A DNA stretch of 59,366 bases, filler included, from Sphacelaria rigidula (taxonomy: Eukaryota), in the NCBI GenBank assembly GCA_964200075.2. It is 8 parts of 8 records of this genome, joined end to end, with 100 filler letters (N's around TTAATTAATTAA, not from the genome) between each part and the next. Parts side by side here need not be neighbours in the genome. Positions count along the whole stretch, not along the records: positions 29,735 to 37,067 come from CAXNAA020015395.1; positions 37,168 to 44,500 come from CAXNAA020015396.1; positions 44,601 to 51,933 come from CAXNAA020015397.1; 5 more parts are not named here. The stretch is one strand, 5' to 3'. A program made the position numbers and the translations under genes. Below the pieces are notes generated by a model. It was not told the DNA's origin. It saw only the letters and a program-made list of their open reading frames with translations, and made no database searches. Below are positions 34,798 through 48,413 of this stretch, in pieces. Each line of letters begins with the position of its first letter. The first letter of the stretch is position 1.

Positions 34798-37167
34798 CTA
34801 ATCGCCCGACCAGGGAGAAATGCATGGCAGGAGGTGCGAAGAGCTGTAGCGTTGGTGCTGGGTACCTATTCGGTCACTCTACTTGCATCGGAAGAAGACA
34901 TTGCTGGTGACGACTATTCACATGGGCCGTACCCGAATCAATTGTTCCGATTTCTTCTTCGCTATATTTACTCGTGATTATGGTCGCGGTTTTGGATAAT
35001 TCCAGAAAAAGATGGACATGTGCATGCTCCCTCTGGAAGTGTCAATTTGTCCAGAAGTACCACAAGCGTGTGCCCGCTCCCCATTTGTGGGATGACTTCG
35101 TGTAGGGGTGCTCATATCACGGGACACAGCGGGACGAAACCAAGTAAAGATGGCTTCGACTTCAAGTTCCTTCGGTGCATCATCGCCGAGGGCACGTTCA
35201 AGGGCCGTTCCGGACAACCCGTTTCTCGGCGGATAAACTCACAAACGGGACAACAACGGGCGAATAAAGTAAAACCTCAGCTAAAGCCACTGCTCACAAA
35301 CTCGCTCGGAAATGCGCGCGTTTGGCTGAAGTTCTGATTTTTTCGGCGGACATTTCCACGAAAGGACTTGACACGCCTTCTGCCGTGCCAACCGTCACCA
35401 GGACACTCCACCAACAAAAATAGGGGCAGGGGGATGGGAGGTTGAAATCACCGAGGCGGCACACGAAGCATTACGCGGCGTATAGAGGGAGTACGATTCG
35501 CCATGATGGTGTATCGCTAGCTCTGCATTTTCTTATTTTGGGGCAGGCCTATATGAGCATGAAATATCCGCAGTGTGCTGGTGTGCGCTGAGAAAAATCG
35601 TCTTCCTAGCGGGGGTTTCTCCCGCCAAAGTCTCCGGAAACGTTCGTTTATCTGGTACAAAAGTAAAAGTCGTCTAAAATGTCCCTACCCTTCGAAAAAA
35701 AAACAAAGCTATGAGCCTTTGAATGCTTTCAATTTATGTCGCATCGGTGAGATTCAACGGTGGAACTACTGAGGTAGTGTATTGCGCACCTACCGTGTGA
35801 TGCCCCGATAGCCCCCGCGAGAAAAGGTGGCTAATTTTAGGAGACAAAACGAACATGTAAAGCAAAACGACGAAAGCCGAGCACACCGAGGAGCTGGGAA
35901 CTCCCATCCTTGAGATCGTTTCGGCCAATGTCGTCGTTATGAGTGGCTTCATGAAGTCTGAAGCCGGCTATCATGCGCTGTACGACTATTTTCTTCGGGA
36001 CAGTTCTGGGGCTGGTTTGGGGGGTGAGAGGGAGGCCATCGCGGCACCACTTTACCGTGGAAGTTTCCGTTGTAGCCGATGGTTCGTTCGCTGTCTCGAT
36101 TTTACTGTATCACGAGGTAATGGAGATATTTGATACCGTGGTACACGTCTATGATGATTTCTTGGTGGGACTGTCATGGTGTTATCACGAAAAAAACGCG
36201 AATCAATTTCGCGCCTAGATCTTGCACGTGTGCTGTTTTGGGAGTACTTGTCGCATGAGGATACGAGAAGATTGTACGTCAATGCTACCGACAAAAAAAA
36301 ACTTGTCGGGCATGCCTGTACTTCGTATCCACTAATATTTATACATACAGTACCATCTTCCGTTCAAGCACAGACAGTGGTCATCATTCATATTTGACTG
36401 TGAGCGGCTCCTCGTAATTGATCTCCTGACGGACGCCACGTGGGTTTATCTCTCGAGAACACGGAGTCATCCGGAGGAAGGGAAGGGATTGAAGGTGTAC
36501 TAAAGAAACACCGAAGAAGACTGTAACCGTGTGCCCCGTGGCCTATAGGGGAAGTTCGAAATCCATACATAGGGCGATGTGTAACGCTCAAAACCTCGGA
36601 GTGGCAACCTTTCTTTTTAGATTTCGCATCCAAAGTTGGAGCAGTGCGCGGCAGAGTTGACCGCGGGACAGAGATGATTTCTCTCAAAGACAGCGTGTAC
36701 CGCCATCCAATCCGACGTTAACGAGAGAATGGCGACTAAAAACACGCCAATGACATTGAAGAAAATTCACGATAGGCATTTCAGTCACCAGGCTCTCCGA
36801 CCTCCGATGATGAGGGAACCTTCGTAGATTGGAAGCGAACGAGAAAAGGCGCCGCGTTGGTCATCATCCGTGCTCTTCATGTGGTTTCGCTAGAGTATTC
36901 AAAACGTACGAATGCTTCTTCCACGACGAAAAACGAGTCACGAGTGAGGGTGTGTACCCGGGGGAGATGGATGTGTGTGCTTATTGCCTTGTATAATCTC
37001 ATCCTTACAAGCCGGGATGGAGCACGCTGGGGGGGTGGGGGGGGGGGGGGGGGACTTATGATCATGCNNNNNNNNNNNNNNNNNNNNNNNNNNNNNNNNN
37101 NNNNNNNNNNNTTAATTAATTAANNNNNNNNNNNNNNNNNNNNNNNNNNNNNNNNNNNNNNNNNNNN

Positions 37168-39153
37168 GAGGAATGATGCGGCTTCCGACCTGACCGATCC
37201 ACCGTCGATATGCTGTTCGTAGTGCGCCGACTCCAGGAGCTGGGACGGGGGCGGAAAATACCGCTGTAAATGTGCTTCGTCGACCTCCAGAAGACATATT
37301 ACTCGGTCGACCGAGAGCTTCTGTGGCAGGTACTGGCCCGAGCTGGTACTCCGGATGAGATGACAGCAGTTATCCATCAATTCCACGACGGTATGCAGAC
37401 CCGGGTACGCATGGACGACGGGGAGCTCTCGGAGTGGTTTGAAGTCACACAGGGACTGCGACACGGATGTGTACTGTCTCCCCTGCTGTTCAACATCTTC
37501 GCGGCAGTGCTCGAGGTAGCTCCCGTGCGATCAGCGAGGATGATATCATCATCAAGGACATGGTATATCTCGATGACGAGACGGGGAGGGAGGCGGAGAC
37601 ACCGCTAAAACGTGTACGGAGAGCGGTGTGGGGAATGCCCTATGCCAACGATGCCGGCGTCGTCTCGAGGTCTTCCGATGAACTGGCGAGTATGATGACC
37701 ATCATAGTGGACGTGTTTGGGGTTTTGAACTGACCGTATCGGAGAAGAAGGCGGAGACTCTCTTGATGCGAGTACCGAGGAAAGGACCGAAGAAGGGGGA
37801 GTCACCACCATCTCACTCACCGCTGATCATCGAAGCAGCGGGCCAGGAATACGCCCAGAAAACTACTTTCCGATACTTGAGCGGGCTCGTCAACGAAGAG
37901 GGCGAACTCAAGCAAGAAATCAACAATCGGAGCAGAGCAGCGTGGGCGTGCATCAGGAGGTTCTCCCGAGAGCTCTTTGACCGACCGAAAGCACCATGGA
38001 GACTCAAGGTTCGGCTGCTGGAAGCGGAGGCGATGGAGGCCCTACTATACTGATGCATGACGTGGGCCCCGCGCCGCGAACACTATGACTTGCTGAGAAA
38101 GGTGCATTACCGGCTCCTCCTGCGAGTTATTGGGTATCGCCGAGTGCGCGGCACATACCGACAGCTGTCGCATGCACAAACCCTCAAGAAGACCGGATGC
38201 CAAGGTGCCGAAGCCATCGTCCGGCAACGACGATTGCTGTTCGCGGGAGCCCTGGCTAGACAACCTGACAAACGACTCTAGAAGAGAATAGCATTCGGAG
38301 CACAAGTCGGGGGGGAGGATCCAGGACCAGTTACCCGGAACAAAACTGGCTGAAGTGCCGGAGGGACGATCTCCACGCTTTCGGAGCCACAGACGGCTCT
38401 ATGGATGACAGCCGTCAGACATTCGGAATTGACCGCGCCCTATGGTCCTCAGCATCGAATAAGGAGGGGGGTTGCCGTGGCACGCGGGAGTTCTGCAGGG
38501 AGCGAAGAGGGAGCGAAGAGGTTCATGACACAAAAATAAAGAGGAGCCCAGCCGACTGCGTGCGATTGGACGGGAGACCAACGAAGCCCACATAACACAG
38601 CAATGGCGACGGTCCAGAGAAGGGGGGGTTAGGGGGTGAACCCCCCCGAAGAGTGGTGTCGTTATGTCATGCAGTCCGTGTCTTGATATGCCTGGTATGC
38701 TTGTACGTATGTATGGCTGTCCCTCGAGAGGTCGAAAGATGGAATCTTGCGACTTTTGGTTCTTTGGTTTGTGGTCTTTGGGGCCTTGAGTTTCGCCCGT
38801 AGTCGGGCCCTATGTCCATTTCTACCTGGCCTCGCGCGTCGAGTTGGAAAGCCGGGTGCCACCCCCTGAAATCCGAATGACCACCTGCGGCACCAGATCT
38901 TCTGAGATTAGCCGTATGGTTCCTCTTTTTTCTTCATTATTTATTTCTGTATTTGCTTGTATCGCGTCTTGTGAGTTTTAATCTAGATCTAGTTTACTTT
39001 ATTTTGGTTTTGTTTGAATTCGTCACATCTTATCATAGGTAGCTAGCCTGTGACCACGGAAGGCGTCCGCATCAGATGCCCAGTACGAATGTACCCGCGC
39101 AGATATCGGAACGATTTTTAATGTGAAGATAACAACAACAATAACAACAACAA
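37168..39153 (+). mobile_element. Decayed RTE-like non-LTR retrotransposon (RT domain, C-terminus, 3' UTR, (CAA)n tail); 5' end cut by the contig edge
   Basis: [53 protein letters not shown] (YADD), FRYLSG and EINNRSRAAWA, with stops and frameshifts. Ends GAAGATAACAACAACAATAACAACAACAA. Confidence 0.93.
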
Positions 39154-39393
39154 TGGCCCAAAATACCCCCCATCCTATCGTAGCATGACTCTAGTTGTTT
39201 GTGCTGTCCCCTTACCGATGATATCCCTAGTCTATCGGAATGCTAATCGTGGCGTGCTCTCACATATTTCATACATAGTTTTTGGATGAGATAGAGGGCT
39301 CCTAACAATTCGAACCTCGAAAAATATTTGCGTGCGCCCCCGCCGTAGCATCACCCCATAGACGGATGGGCTAAGTATGCAGCACGGCATGCG

Positions 39394-42300
39394 ATGAAGT
39401 GCGCGTCCCTCTTCATGAAGGGCAACAAGCGCGAGAAATTCATCTCCGTGTTCGTGCTCTGCGTTTTTATGTGCGTCAACGTTGCCCGCACCTCCGGCCT
39501 TCCGGCGGATACAGATGTGAGGGGGCTGAGGAAAGCAGCGGGGTTGGTGTCAAAGGCAAATCACCAGGGAATACCCGTACTCGTGTACGACTTCCTCACT
39601 CATGATAAGGCGAGAGCGATCTACCGCGAACAGCACGCCGCCGAAGAGCAGTTGAAGGTGGGGCGCATAACTAGACGTCGGGAGAACCGCCGGGATGCCA
39701 CGCACCGGAACTTATTCTGCAAAGCATGAAGCCGAACTTGGTTTTGGCGGACGCTGTGAAAATTCGGATCTTGACCCTTCGACCGTCAGAGGTGGTCCGT
39801 TTGTGAATCGGCATCATTTTCACTTGGAATGGGAGTGAAAATGATGCCGATTCACGAACGGACCACCTCCTCCAGTGATCAAAGGACCAACGATGCATGC
39901 GTCCACCTCCGGATGTACTTTCTGCGGCAGGTACAATTGCATCCTGGCCAGGGTCGGTTTAGGAAAGCAACCCCAGATGTGCGCCTCCCGACAAAAGCTG
40001 CAGTCGTATCAGGGAAGCTTCGGTTGGCTGTGCGCATGTGTGTGTATCCCTACTTGTGTTACCACCAGTACGACTTGTTTGTAGACGATATTTGAGATGC
40101 AGTTGCGGACCTCCCGAGAATCTCCCCGATCGTTGAAATCAACTCCTTGTGTGCGCCTCCCGTGGCAGACGTAGTCCATTCAATGCAGCTTCAGTTAGTC
40201 GTGCGCATGTGACCACAACGTGGTTTGTGAAGCCAAACGCACGACGTACACAGTGCTGACCTCTTGTATCCTACGTCAACGGGTCTCGGTGTTCCAATGT
40301 TGAGTCATTACGGCATTGGGACCAACCTCTCCGATCATCGATCCTCTGCACCCATAATGCCCTTTAATACGCTCAATAGATTAAGGGGAATTCAATATGT
40401 TGCAAGCGGGCGTCTCGTTACTGACGGCGCATGTTCTGTACCTTCGTCGTGCATTCGCAGAAACCCTGAATGAGTTCCACGATTGGGATTCTGGTCACAA
40501 TCGATCGACAGGCCTGCGTGAGGGTGGAGGTAACCACTCCAACCCAGCTCGAAATCACGCTGGAAGACATGGAGTGGGATAGGACACTGTGGCCGACCTC
40601 AGGGGGAACGAACGCGCGCAAGGCGAAGACAAAGAAGATTTGGCGTCATCTCAACACTTACGTGCCGCAACATATCCCGGAGTGCGTGCTCAAGCCACCT
40701 GGAGGAGAATCCCTCCCACGGGAACCGCCTGAGATGAGCCACCTCGTAACGTTGGTGTATGCCGTGGCTCTCCCGCGACCAGAGATGGCTGCTGACCAAC
40801 GTTCTTTTTAGACGGTTTGCGTTTAAGGACGAAAAGGAGATGAATCCGGCGAGTGCCGTTTAAGGAGTGGGTTCCGCGAGACGACTGCGTTCCACGATCA
40901 GTGCTATTAGTTGGGACAAATCGATCCATCGGGATTCAGTCTCAAATTCACGCCCATGAGTACCTGCACGTAGACTTACCTCGATATTGTCTGAACGCTG
41001 GCAGTAGCTGAGGTGTGCACGGTGAGTATCGTGTTCGGGGATTCCGGTGCGGTGCAGGCTGTGGTGGCAATTGACGAAATTGCGCGTGAAATAACACCAT
41101 GATGCCGTCACGTGATGATTCTCGCTGCTTGCTGTGTTCCGCAGAACCTTGCGGGGTCCTCATTTAGTAACCTACACTATTTCGCCCTTCTCTTCGGGTT
41201 GGATATGCGCAGCTTGCGCGATCCTCACATGTATTTCCTCATCGCTAATGAGGGATTGAGCAAGGAGGCCAGGGAGTATATGCAGACTCTTAAGCCTCTG
41301 AAGGTAGCCTATGATGTGGTTTTGACCTACTGACGGGGGACACAGGTTGTAGTTGATAGCTACTGCTGGAAGGGTACAGATTGATGACAATGTCTCAACT
41401 CAGCCTCAGCTCAAAGCTTGCCGCCGTCGCCGATGAGCTCCAAGGGGCCTCTGTGAGGGCCGAGCCCAAAGCTGGAGGGAATGCGGCATCGCCCCAGTCA
41501 ATAATGGATGCCGGTCACGTCGGACAAGGCAATAGCGAGCTAGTAGCTGTGGGAAAGTGGAACTTGAGCGATTGGCACTCGCACGAGCTGCAGCTACTCG
41601 GGTGTCTTCCCACGTGGAACAAGACGCTATCCTCTCGTTCAGGTACGATGTCGACAACTTTCACTTCCCCGAGACTCAGGGTGACGCTAGTGACGTCCTC
41701 GATTGGCTGGACGTCGCATTCCACAAGATGTTCCGAGATGCTCTGAAGGAGGGAAACTCTATACACTCGCCCCTCACAGAAGCCCATTGGTGAAGATGAA
41801 TGCTCGTAATAGCAACAAAGCCTCCATCGACATGGGGCCGGGGGAGGCATCGCACGTCTCCGTATGGACCCAAGAACCCTACACGTTCGAAACCATCACC
41901 GTCTACGAGTTTGGAGTGCACCTGAGTTCGAGTCACTCCGTATGAGAGGGCTGTTGCTTGCCACCAACGTATGAAACATGCTGTTGGTCGGCGGTGGAGG
42001 TCACAGCAGAGAACAATTGACCGCTACCATGTACAACGGTTGGAGTTTATGGAATGAACTTTTCGCGAGATCGAGCTTGTACGATTTGATGGAAGATGGG
42101 GACCCGAACTACCAGGAATCTGATTCATTCGTGGACTGGAGTTTACTGGAGGATAAGTCACCTAGCCAGTCCAGGAGTCGCTCCAGTGAAAGCTGATAAC
42201 TATGGGATGGATCCAACATATGTAGATTGTCCAAAATGGCGTCGCCAATCACCAGATATAGAGAGCTCCAGGAGTCCAGACGGGGGTTATGAATGCGTCA

Positions 42301-44420
42301 AACAGTTGCATTGTCGAAGTGGCCCTCCACACCTTATACGAGGCCCATTACGCATACTGTAATGCCTTGCGAATGAAGCCTCTGTTTGCTTTGTGCACGA
42401 CATCGATGTGCAGTTGTAAGCTCATGACATTGTTACAGGCCAAACAAAGTAAACCCAAAAAAGAGAAATTATTCGAGTCAGACCCGTACTTGAAAGCGTC
42501 GAATCAAATGACAGACACTCCATCTACCGACATGGTTCATACCAGTGGCGTGTGGACCGTCGCTAGACAGACTGCTTCCACGGTATTTTATACAGGACTC
42601 GGGCCGTTTTTCGATTCACAAATCGACACCCACCCCGGGTCTCATGATCGAAGCACCTGCCGTTTCAACGAAATATACTATTGCCTTCCTACAAGTGAAA
42701 GACAAGGTCAAGTGCACCCGCGACGTACAACTCACAACGCAGCGGAAGCTGGTGATGATTTTCGCTCGCCCTACACAAAGTCACAGGACCGACACAGGTG
42801 TGTAACGAAGTCAAGCCGGTTACTGATCTCCTGAAAGGCAAAGATGCTTTGACCTCCGCGGAGCTCCTCGTCAGCCACAGCCCGAGGCCCAAGTTAGCGG
42901 GGAGCGGGGACTTCTCTTTGTCTTGCAGGGAAAAGAGGTATATCTCCGACACGCTATCAGCTGGTGCCTCGGGCGTCGACGCCAAAGGTAGTACCATATA
43001 CACTACCGACAGGGCCACACCAAAACCTGGTGAGCTGACCAAACAACTCCACGAAACGTTTCTTTCTTGACGGGGGTTATCAATTTTGAAGCCACGTGCG
43101 AGTACGGTCCCGATGCCGCACGTAAGATTATTATTCGAAACGGACGTGCAAACTCATGGTAGCAAGGGCGCGGGCGAACAAAAATATTCGTGTTTGTCGA
43201 AGACGTTCAGTTTCAGCGACGGGTCGATGAAGCAAGGAGCCCCCCCCCCGCTCACCAAGTCGATCAATTCTAAGGCCACGAACACAGCGGTTGACTGGCT
43301 TGCTTGTTCCCTGTGAATCACGCGCCGACCTTTTCCCCAACTGTTTGGTCCAGATGTGAACCTCGACGCACACCCAGTTGCTTTCCACAGCGCCGAACAC
43401 GACTGCGATCCCATCACGATATCGATACCTCTCTCCTAACATGAGACACTTGAGACAGTCATGGGCGGATACAAATTGGCCGCTACGCGTCAGCATCGAT
43501 GAGGGCAAGAACACTTTGTGGTGAGAATAGTTGTCTACCGAAAACCATATTCCATCGGCTTGTGGGATGCATCATTTTGTTCCGTCTTTTCCCATGCTTT
43601 ATCGTCGGGAAAAAAAGAGAGAGAGAGACGGTGTCGGGTGATAGCTTGCGTATGCCTCTCCATTTTCACAACTCGTCTCCTTTTGGAACACGGCGTCTTT
43701 GTTTCGAAGGCACGTGCGAGTGAAACCACGACACCGCGCGTAGCAATACTATTCGAAATGGATGTGCGCATTCATGGTAGCAAGGGCACACGGGTGACCA
43801 TTAATGTCCTTGTTTGTCGAATGCCTTCGATTCAGTGACGGACCGACGAATCTAGGAGCCCCCCCCCTGCTCGCTAACTCGATCAATATGAGGGCCACAA
43901 TACAACAGCTGACAAGCAAGCGAGTGAAACTACTGTGATCAACAACCTGGCCTTCAGTTCTGCACCCATCTATACAACAACCGGCCGGCACTTTCCATTG
44001 CTATCTCCACCGCACACAAGCAGGTGAGTGCTCGTGTCTGTATTTCAACTGTGATGTGATGAAATGGTTCCTTCAAGCCTCAGGATCGGATCGAAAACTC
44101 TACTTTGATTAAATACCCTGACAGGAAGCTCTCAGCGGCGAGCGAGTGTCGCCAAAAAGGTAACAATTAGAGGAGAGACGCGCGCAGGAAATCCTCCCCT
44201 ACCCTCCACCGACAGCTGCAACGGACGCAGTACTAGCGACGCCTCTTCATCTACACCAGCTGAACCCTTGCAGTCACGTACATCTTCTCCCGGTGTCGGT
44301 GACGGCGGAGTTCATAGCGCAGGGGGTGACGTTCGGGGCAGCACTAGCAGTAGCCATGGCGATCGGGCGGGGGACGGTGGCGGCACAGGAGCGAGTCGAG
44401 AAGATGGCTCATCAACCTGA
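39394..44420 (+). pseudogene. ~5-kb decayed coding-like region of unknown family with a duplicated domain (43090-43340 / 43710-43950) and a final intron (44024-44124)
   Basis: Succession of protein-like plus-strand fragments broken by stops and frameshifts. Duplicated RAS....P.V..LFE.DV..HGSKG...GAPP.L..SIN..AT. CAG|GTGAGT donor and GACAG acceptor are phase compatible, followed by a 296-nt Ser/Gly-rich terminal exon. Confidence 0.45.
39775..39885. mobile_element. Palindromic piggyBac-like MITE with a 36-bp near-perfect hairpin
   Basis: Arms 39789-39824 and 39834-39869 pair with one T.G mismatch around a 9-nt loop. The left end TTGA|CCCTTCGACCG matches the end of the 5650 copy. Confidence 0.8.
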
Positions 44421-44640
44421 GGCCGGGGGAGGGGGGGAGGAGGGCGGGGGTACCCATGATCATGCATGCCGTAGTCATCAGACCATCGACCTCGCATCCC
44501 NNNNNNNNNNNNNNNNNNNNNNNNNNNNNNNNNNNNNNNNNNNNTTAATTAATTAANNNNNNNNNNNNNNNNNNNNNNNNNNNNNNNNNNNNNNNNNNNN
44601 CACGCTTTCCACGGTGGAAATCATACATTATGAAGAAAAA

Positions 44641-44716
44641 ACCCAACGCATCGGGAATCAAACCCTCGTTCTCTCCGCCGTAAGGGCGACAGTCGGATCA
44701 TTACATCACCGGGTCG
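44641..44716 (-). mobile_element. tRNA-derived SINE head, decayed
   Basis: Minus strand GACCCGGTGATGTAATGATC (A-box-like) ... GAGGGTTTGATTCCCG (B-box-like). The acceptor stem does not pair. Confidence 0.5.
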
Positions 44717-44961
44717 CAGCGGCTCATACAAACGATACTCGGAAGTAAACCATGATATCATTTCTGCACAAAGTCATACGTCTAACATTTTGTGGTGTGT
44801 TTCTTTGAATCATCATCTTATAGATGAACGGTACACCCGTGTTTTTTGTATATTTCCGACACTCTCTGCTTCTGTCTGTACGTTTCATTTCTTGATGGGG
44901 TTCCTCTCTGGCCCTCTGGGGTCATAATCTGTTGACACCGGAAATTCAAAACCCCTCAAAG

Positions 44962-47900
44962 ATCGCGGATGGCACGCGAGAATTCACCCCGACCCCGGAG
45001 GAGACTCGAGACGTGGTGTCCAAGATGTACCGAGCAAGACGGACGATCATGATTCGCTTTGAGAACGACTCGATAGACGAGAGCGAGGCAATGAAGGATG
45101 TCATCCAGGAAGGAAAGACGCTGCTACGGATGAAGGTGAGACATGTTGCGTAACGAGGTATGTGTACCACTTGGTCGATGAAAAAATTATCGGAAATATC
45201 TTTTTTTTAAATAATGACTGCTGCCTAGACCCCCCCCCCGAACCGGCCAAACAAGTGCACGGAGGCGATGATCATAAATGCCGTTAGAGCTGGTTTCGTG
45301 CTGCACGACGCGACTCATGTGGGCGGAATCGCTGCAAACGACCCCAATAGTGGGATCGCAGCCGGTTTGTCGGACGATCTCCGGTGCATTTTTTGTGGAG
45401 AGGGCTATCTCGGCATTCATCTAATGCTAACCCTGAAACCTTGACTCCAACCCAAGGCATACCGAGAACCCTCGGGCGAGAGGGGTGTGATGCGTTCCCT
45501 AGGCAGAGTGTGGTGTTGGCAGACCTCAAAACGGCGCCGATTTTGACGAAAACGCGTTCTGCGCACGCGAGGGGCAGTTGGGAGTGTCAGCCCTACTAAA
45601 GATCCGAATATCGGTGTTTACACTCAAATCAAGTAATAAAATTCCGGGAAGGTTCTCATCAACCAAGTGGTGAACACCACTGTTGCGTGTAACTCTCTGC
45701 GGACGATGACTACGAGTGTCTAGAGCCAACTTTTTTTTTCGCACATTTGCCCGATCTCTCGAACCCGTGGTCACAGACGTGAACTCGCCTTTTTCTATTA
45801 TGGTACCGTCGCTACTTTTCCTTACAAAGATATCATCGAGTCGCCCATTGCTTCTTCGTCTTCTTAAGACTACGAAAACAAAACAATATTACACAAAATC
45901 AAACAATGAGAGAGACAGTCAAGGGAACAGAAGACAAAAGGCCTTCCCCCGAGTTGCTCGGGGTATGGTGATAACAAACACTTTCACACGTCGGACAACT
46001 CATCTCATATTACTCATTTTCGTACAGCCCAGCTGTCAAGATATACTATTTCCACTTGCAGAGTTGTATTGCATAGCTCAGCGGTAACTTTTCCCACTGG
46101 ATGGGCCAGATCACAGAAGTGAGTTATATCATGAGCCGTCCAACTTGTGAACACTTTGGATCTGCCAATCAAGTCAACACGGGGAAAAATAAGGAAGGAG
46201 GAAAAAATAAGGAACCCAAACGGATACCAAGCGAGGGTAAAAAAATAGCCCCGGGTACCCTCATAAAAAACGCTAAAGCTGTTAGTAGGAAGACGGCAGA
46301 CACACTAGCGAGTGTTCTACGCGACGGTATACTCGTTGCGATTTGGTGGTCCTCGATACGCACAGAAGGGAACTCTGGCGGTCACGCATAAAAATTCCTT
46401 AGCATGGCGCGCCTTTTTTCCAGATTGTCATGTACATCATCTCAGCGGCTTCCTCCATGATCCGCAACCTAGAGCCATTAATCGTATGATTTCATTCTCC
46501 TTTGTATCATACACACGTTTGAGCTATTTTTTTTAATCCTTCTGAGCGTTGGTTGATCAATGGACTGATCGATCCACCAAGCGCTTTTTTCTAGGCATGC
46601 TGACATTTTATTTTATTTTTTCAACTCCCTTGTGTGCACGTTTAGTTTTTAGCGCACGACGCATATAGGTTTGGTATATGTTTAGCTTGTGTGCATGTTT
46701 AGGTTATTTGCACGTTAGTTTGGATATTGCCTCACACGTCCCTTCTACGGTAGAGTGCGGTCGCTACCAACAACATTTTCGCGAGATCGAGAGTTGAGCT
46801 TCTGATTAAGAGTCAACTTTTCATCCGTTCGTGAAATCGATATAATTTACATTTGAAAACGTCACCGCGTGACCCTATATATTACCAACTGTGGCGATCA
46901 AAGGGTCACAGCAATTCCGAATATTTTGGTCGTAGGATTTATGATCCGAGAGCAAACAAAGGCCAATGTCCGATTATTGGAAATCGCGACGGGTCACTGG
47001 CCTGCACTCGCATTCAACGTATTGATCGGAATAACATTTTTGGAATGCATGGCATTATGTGCGACCTGTAATCATGACCTGCCCAGTGTACAGTAGTGGC
47101 GCATCAAGGAGAGGAACGCTTCGATGGTTGAGATCCTCATTCCCTTTTAGTGTTGTTTCAACGGAAACGGATCGTTCCCTCTCATCACTGGTGAAGCTCA
47201 CACGGTTCAGACATATCATTTTTTTTTTTTTCCGTCTGCAGGAGACAGGAAGGAACCTTTCACACTGCACTTCGCTATTTCTAATTTCGAGCAGTGCATT
47301 CGAGTGCACTCCACCCGCCCCACGTACCCAGCCCTAAGGCTAGGTAGCCCGATCGGATGTACGCGTAGGCATCACGGTCAATCATCGCTGGATCGAATCA
47401 CCAAATCCACGTTTTCTTGGACCTGATTGCTCGAAAGAGAGAAAAAAATCGTCCGCTGGAGGAGAACGGTCTCCGCGCAAATTTTGCCCCATTCCACGTG
47501 CCTGGGGTTGTGCGCGTACCTGGGTTGCAACGCTGAAAAGAAAGCCTGAGGATTGATTCGTGCGGTACGAAATCAATTTCACTAAAATCAAGTAATTTGT
47601 ATACGAACCCTTAATTCGTCCCATCCTTGAAAGCTAACGACGGTCACTCTTCACGTTTTCCGCAACGTCATTCGAAGTTGACCCTTAGACGGCGAAGGTA
47701 GTCCATCTGGATCATGGATACTTTTTTCGAGGTAAATTAATGCCGATCCAACAGATGACCTTCTCTCGCCGCCCAAGGGTTATAACCCCTTTGACCGCTA
47801 GACAGGGTAGGTGAGTGTGTTGCATCTGCCTTGCTATCACCTGAAATTCAGCAATATCGTTGTTCCATGCATTGATGAAAAAAACAACGAGGTCCTATCC

Positions 47901-48413
47901 AATCCTGATTCTCTATCAGAAGCTGTACTCTCAATCTCGCGAAATTGTTGGTTACCAGCATAACTGCCTGATACTGGTAACCTAGAGACGATCCGCTTCC
48001 CCCTCGAACCCAGCCTGCCTCATAATAGTCTATCGACCAACCCACCCATGCACCCGTAGACCTACGCACAATCCTAAGTCCTGTCTCCCCCCTTCCCCCC
48101 CCCCTCCTCCAACTCGCACCACCACCAGCGTCCGTTGGTGGACATGGAGCTACGCTACGAGATCATCACGGGCAACCACATCACTCCGCTGACGCAAAAC
48201 GTATTTCTCAGCACACCGATCGACAACATCGACCCCCTCTACGGAGTCAGGCAGTCCATGAAGAAGGAATTCCTGAAGACGGTTAACCATCTCGGGCAGT
48301 TGCTGGTCGATTGGCTTGAGGAGTCGGCGCCTCCCGTGCCGCCCCCGTCCGCCACGGTTCCCGCGGAGGTCGCCGCCGGTGTTGGCCAGGCGGAGCCCAT
48401 GTCCCCCTTGTAG
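44962..48413 (+). CDS. DUF1350-family protein (alpha/beta-hydrolase-like), last two exons 44962-45135 and 48129-48413 (stop)
   Basis: IADGTREFTPTPEETRDVVSKMYRARRTIMIRFENDSIDES...MK|RPLVDMELRYEIITGNHITPLTQ matches the DUF1350 motifs EFxPxPEET, FxxDxIDE and GxHxTPLxQ. AG/GT boundaries, phase 0. Confidence 0.88.
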
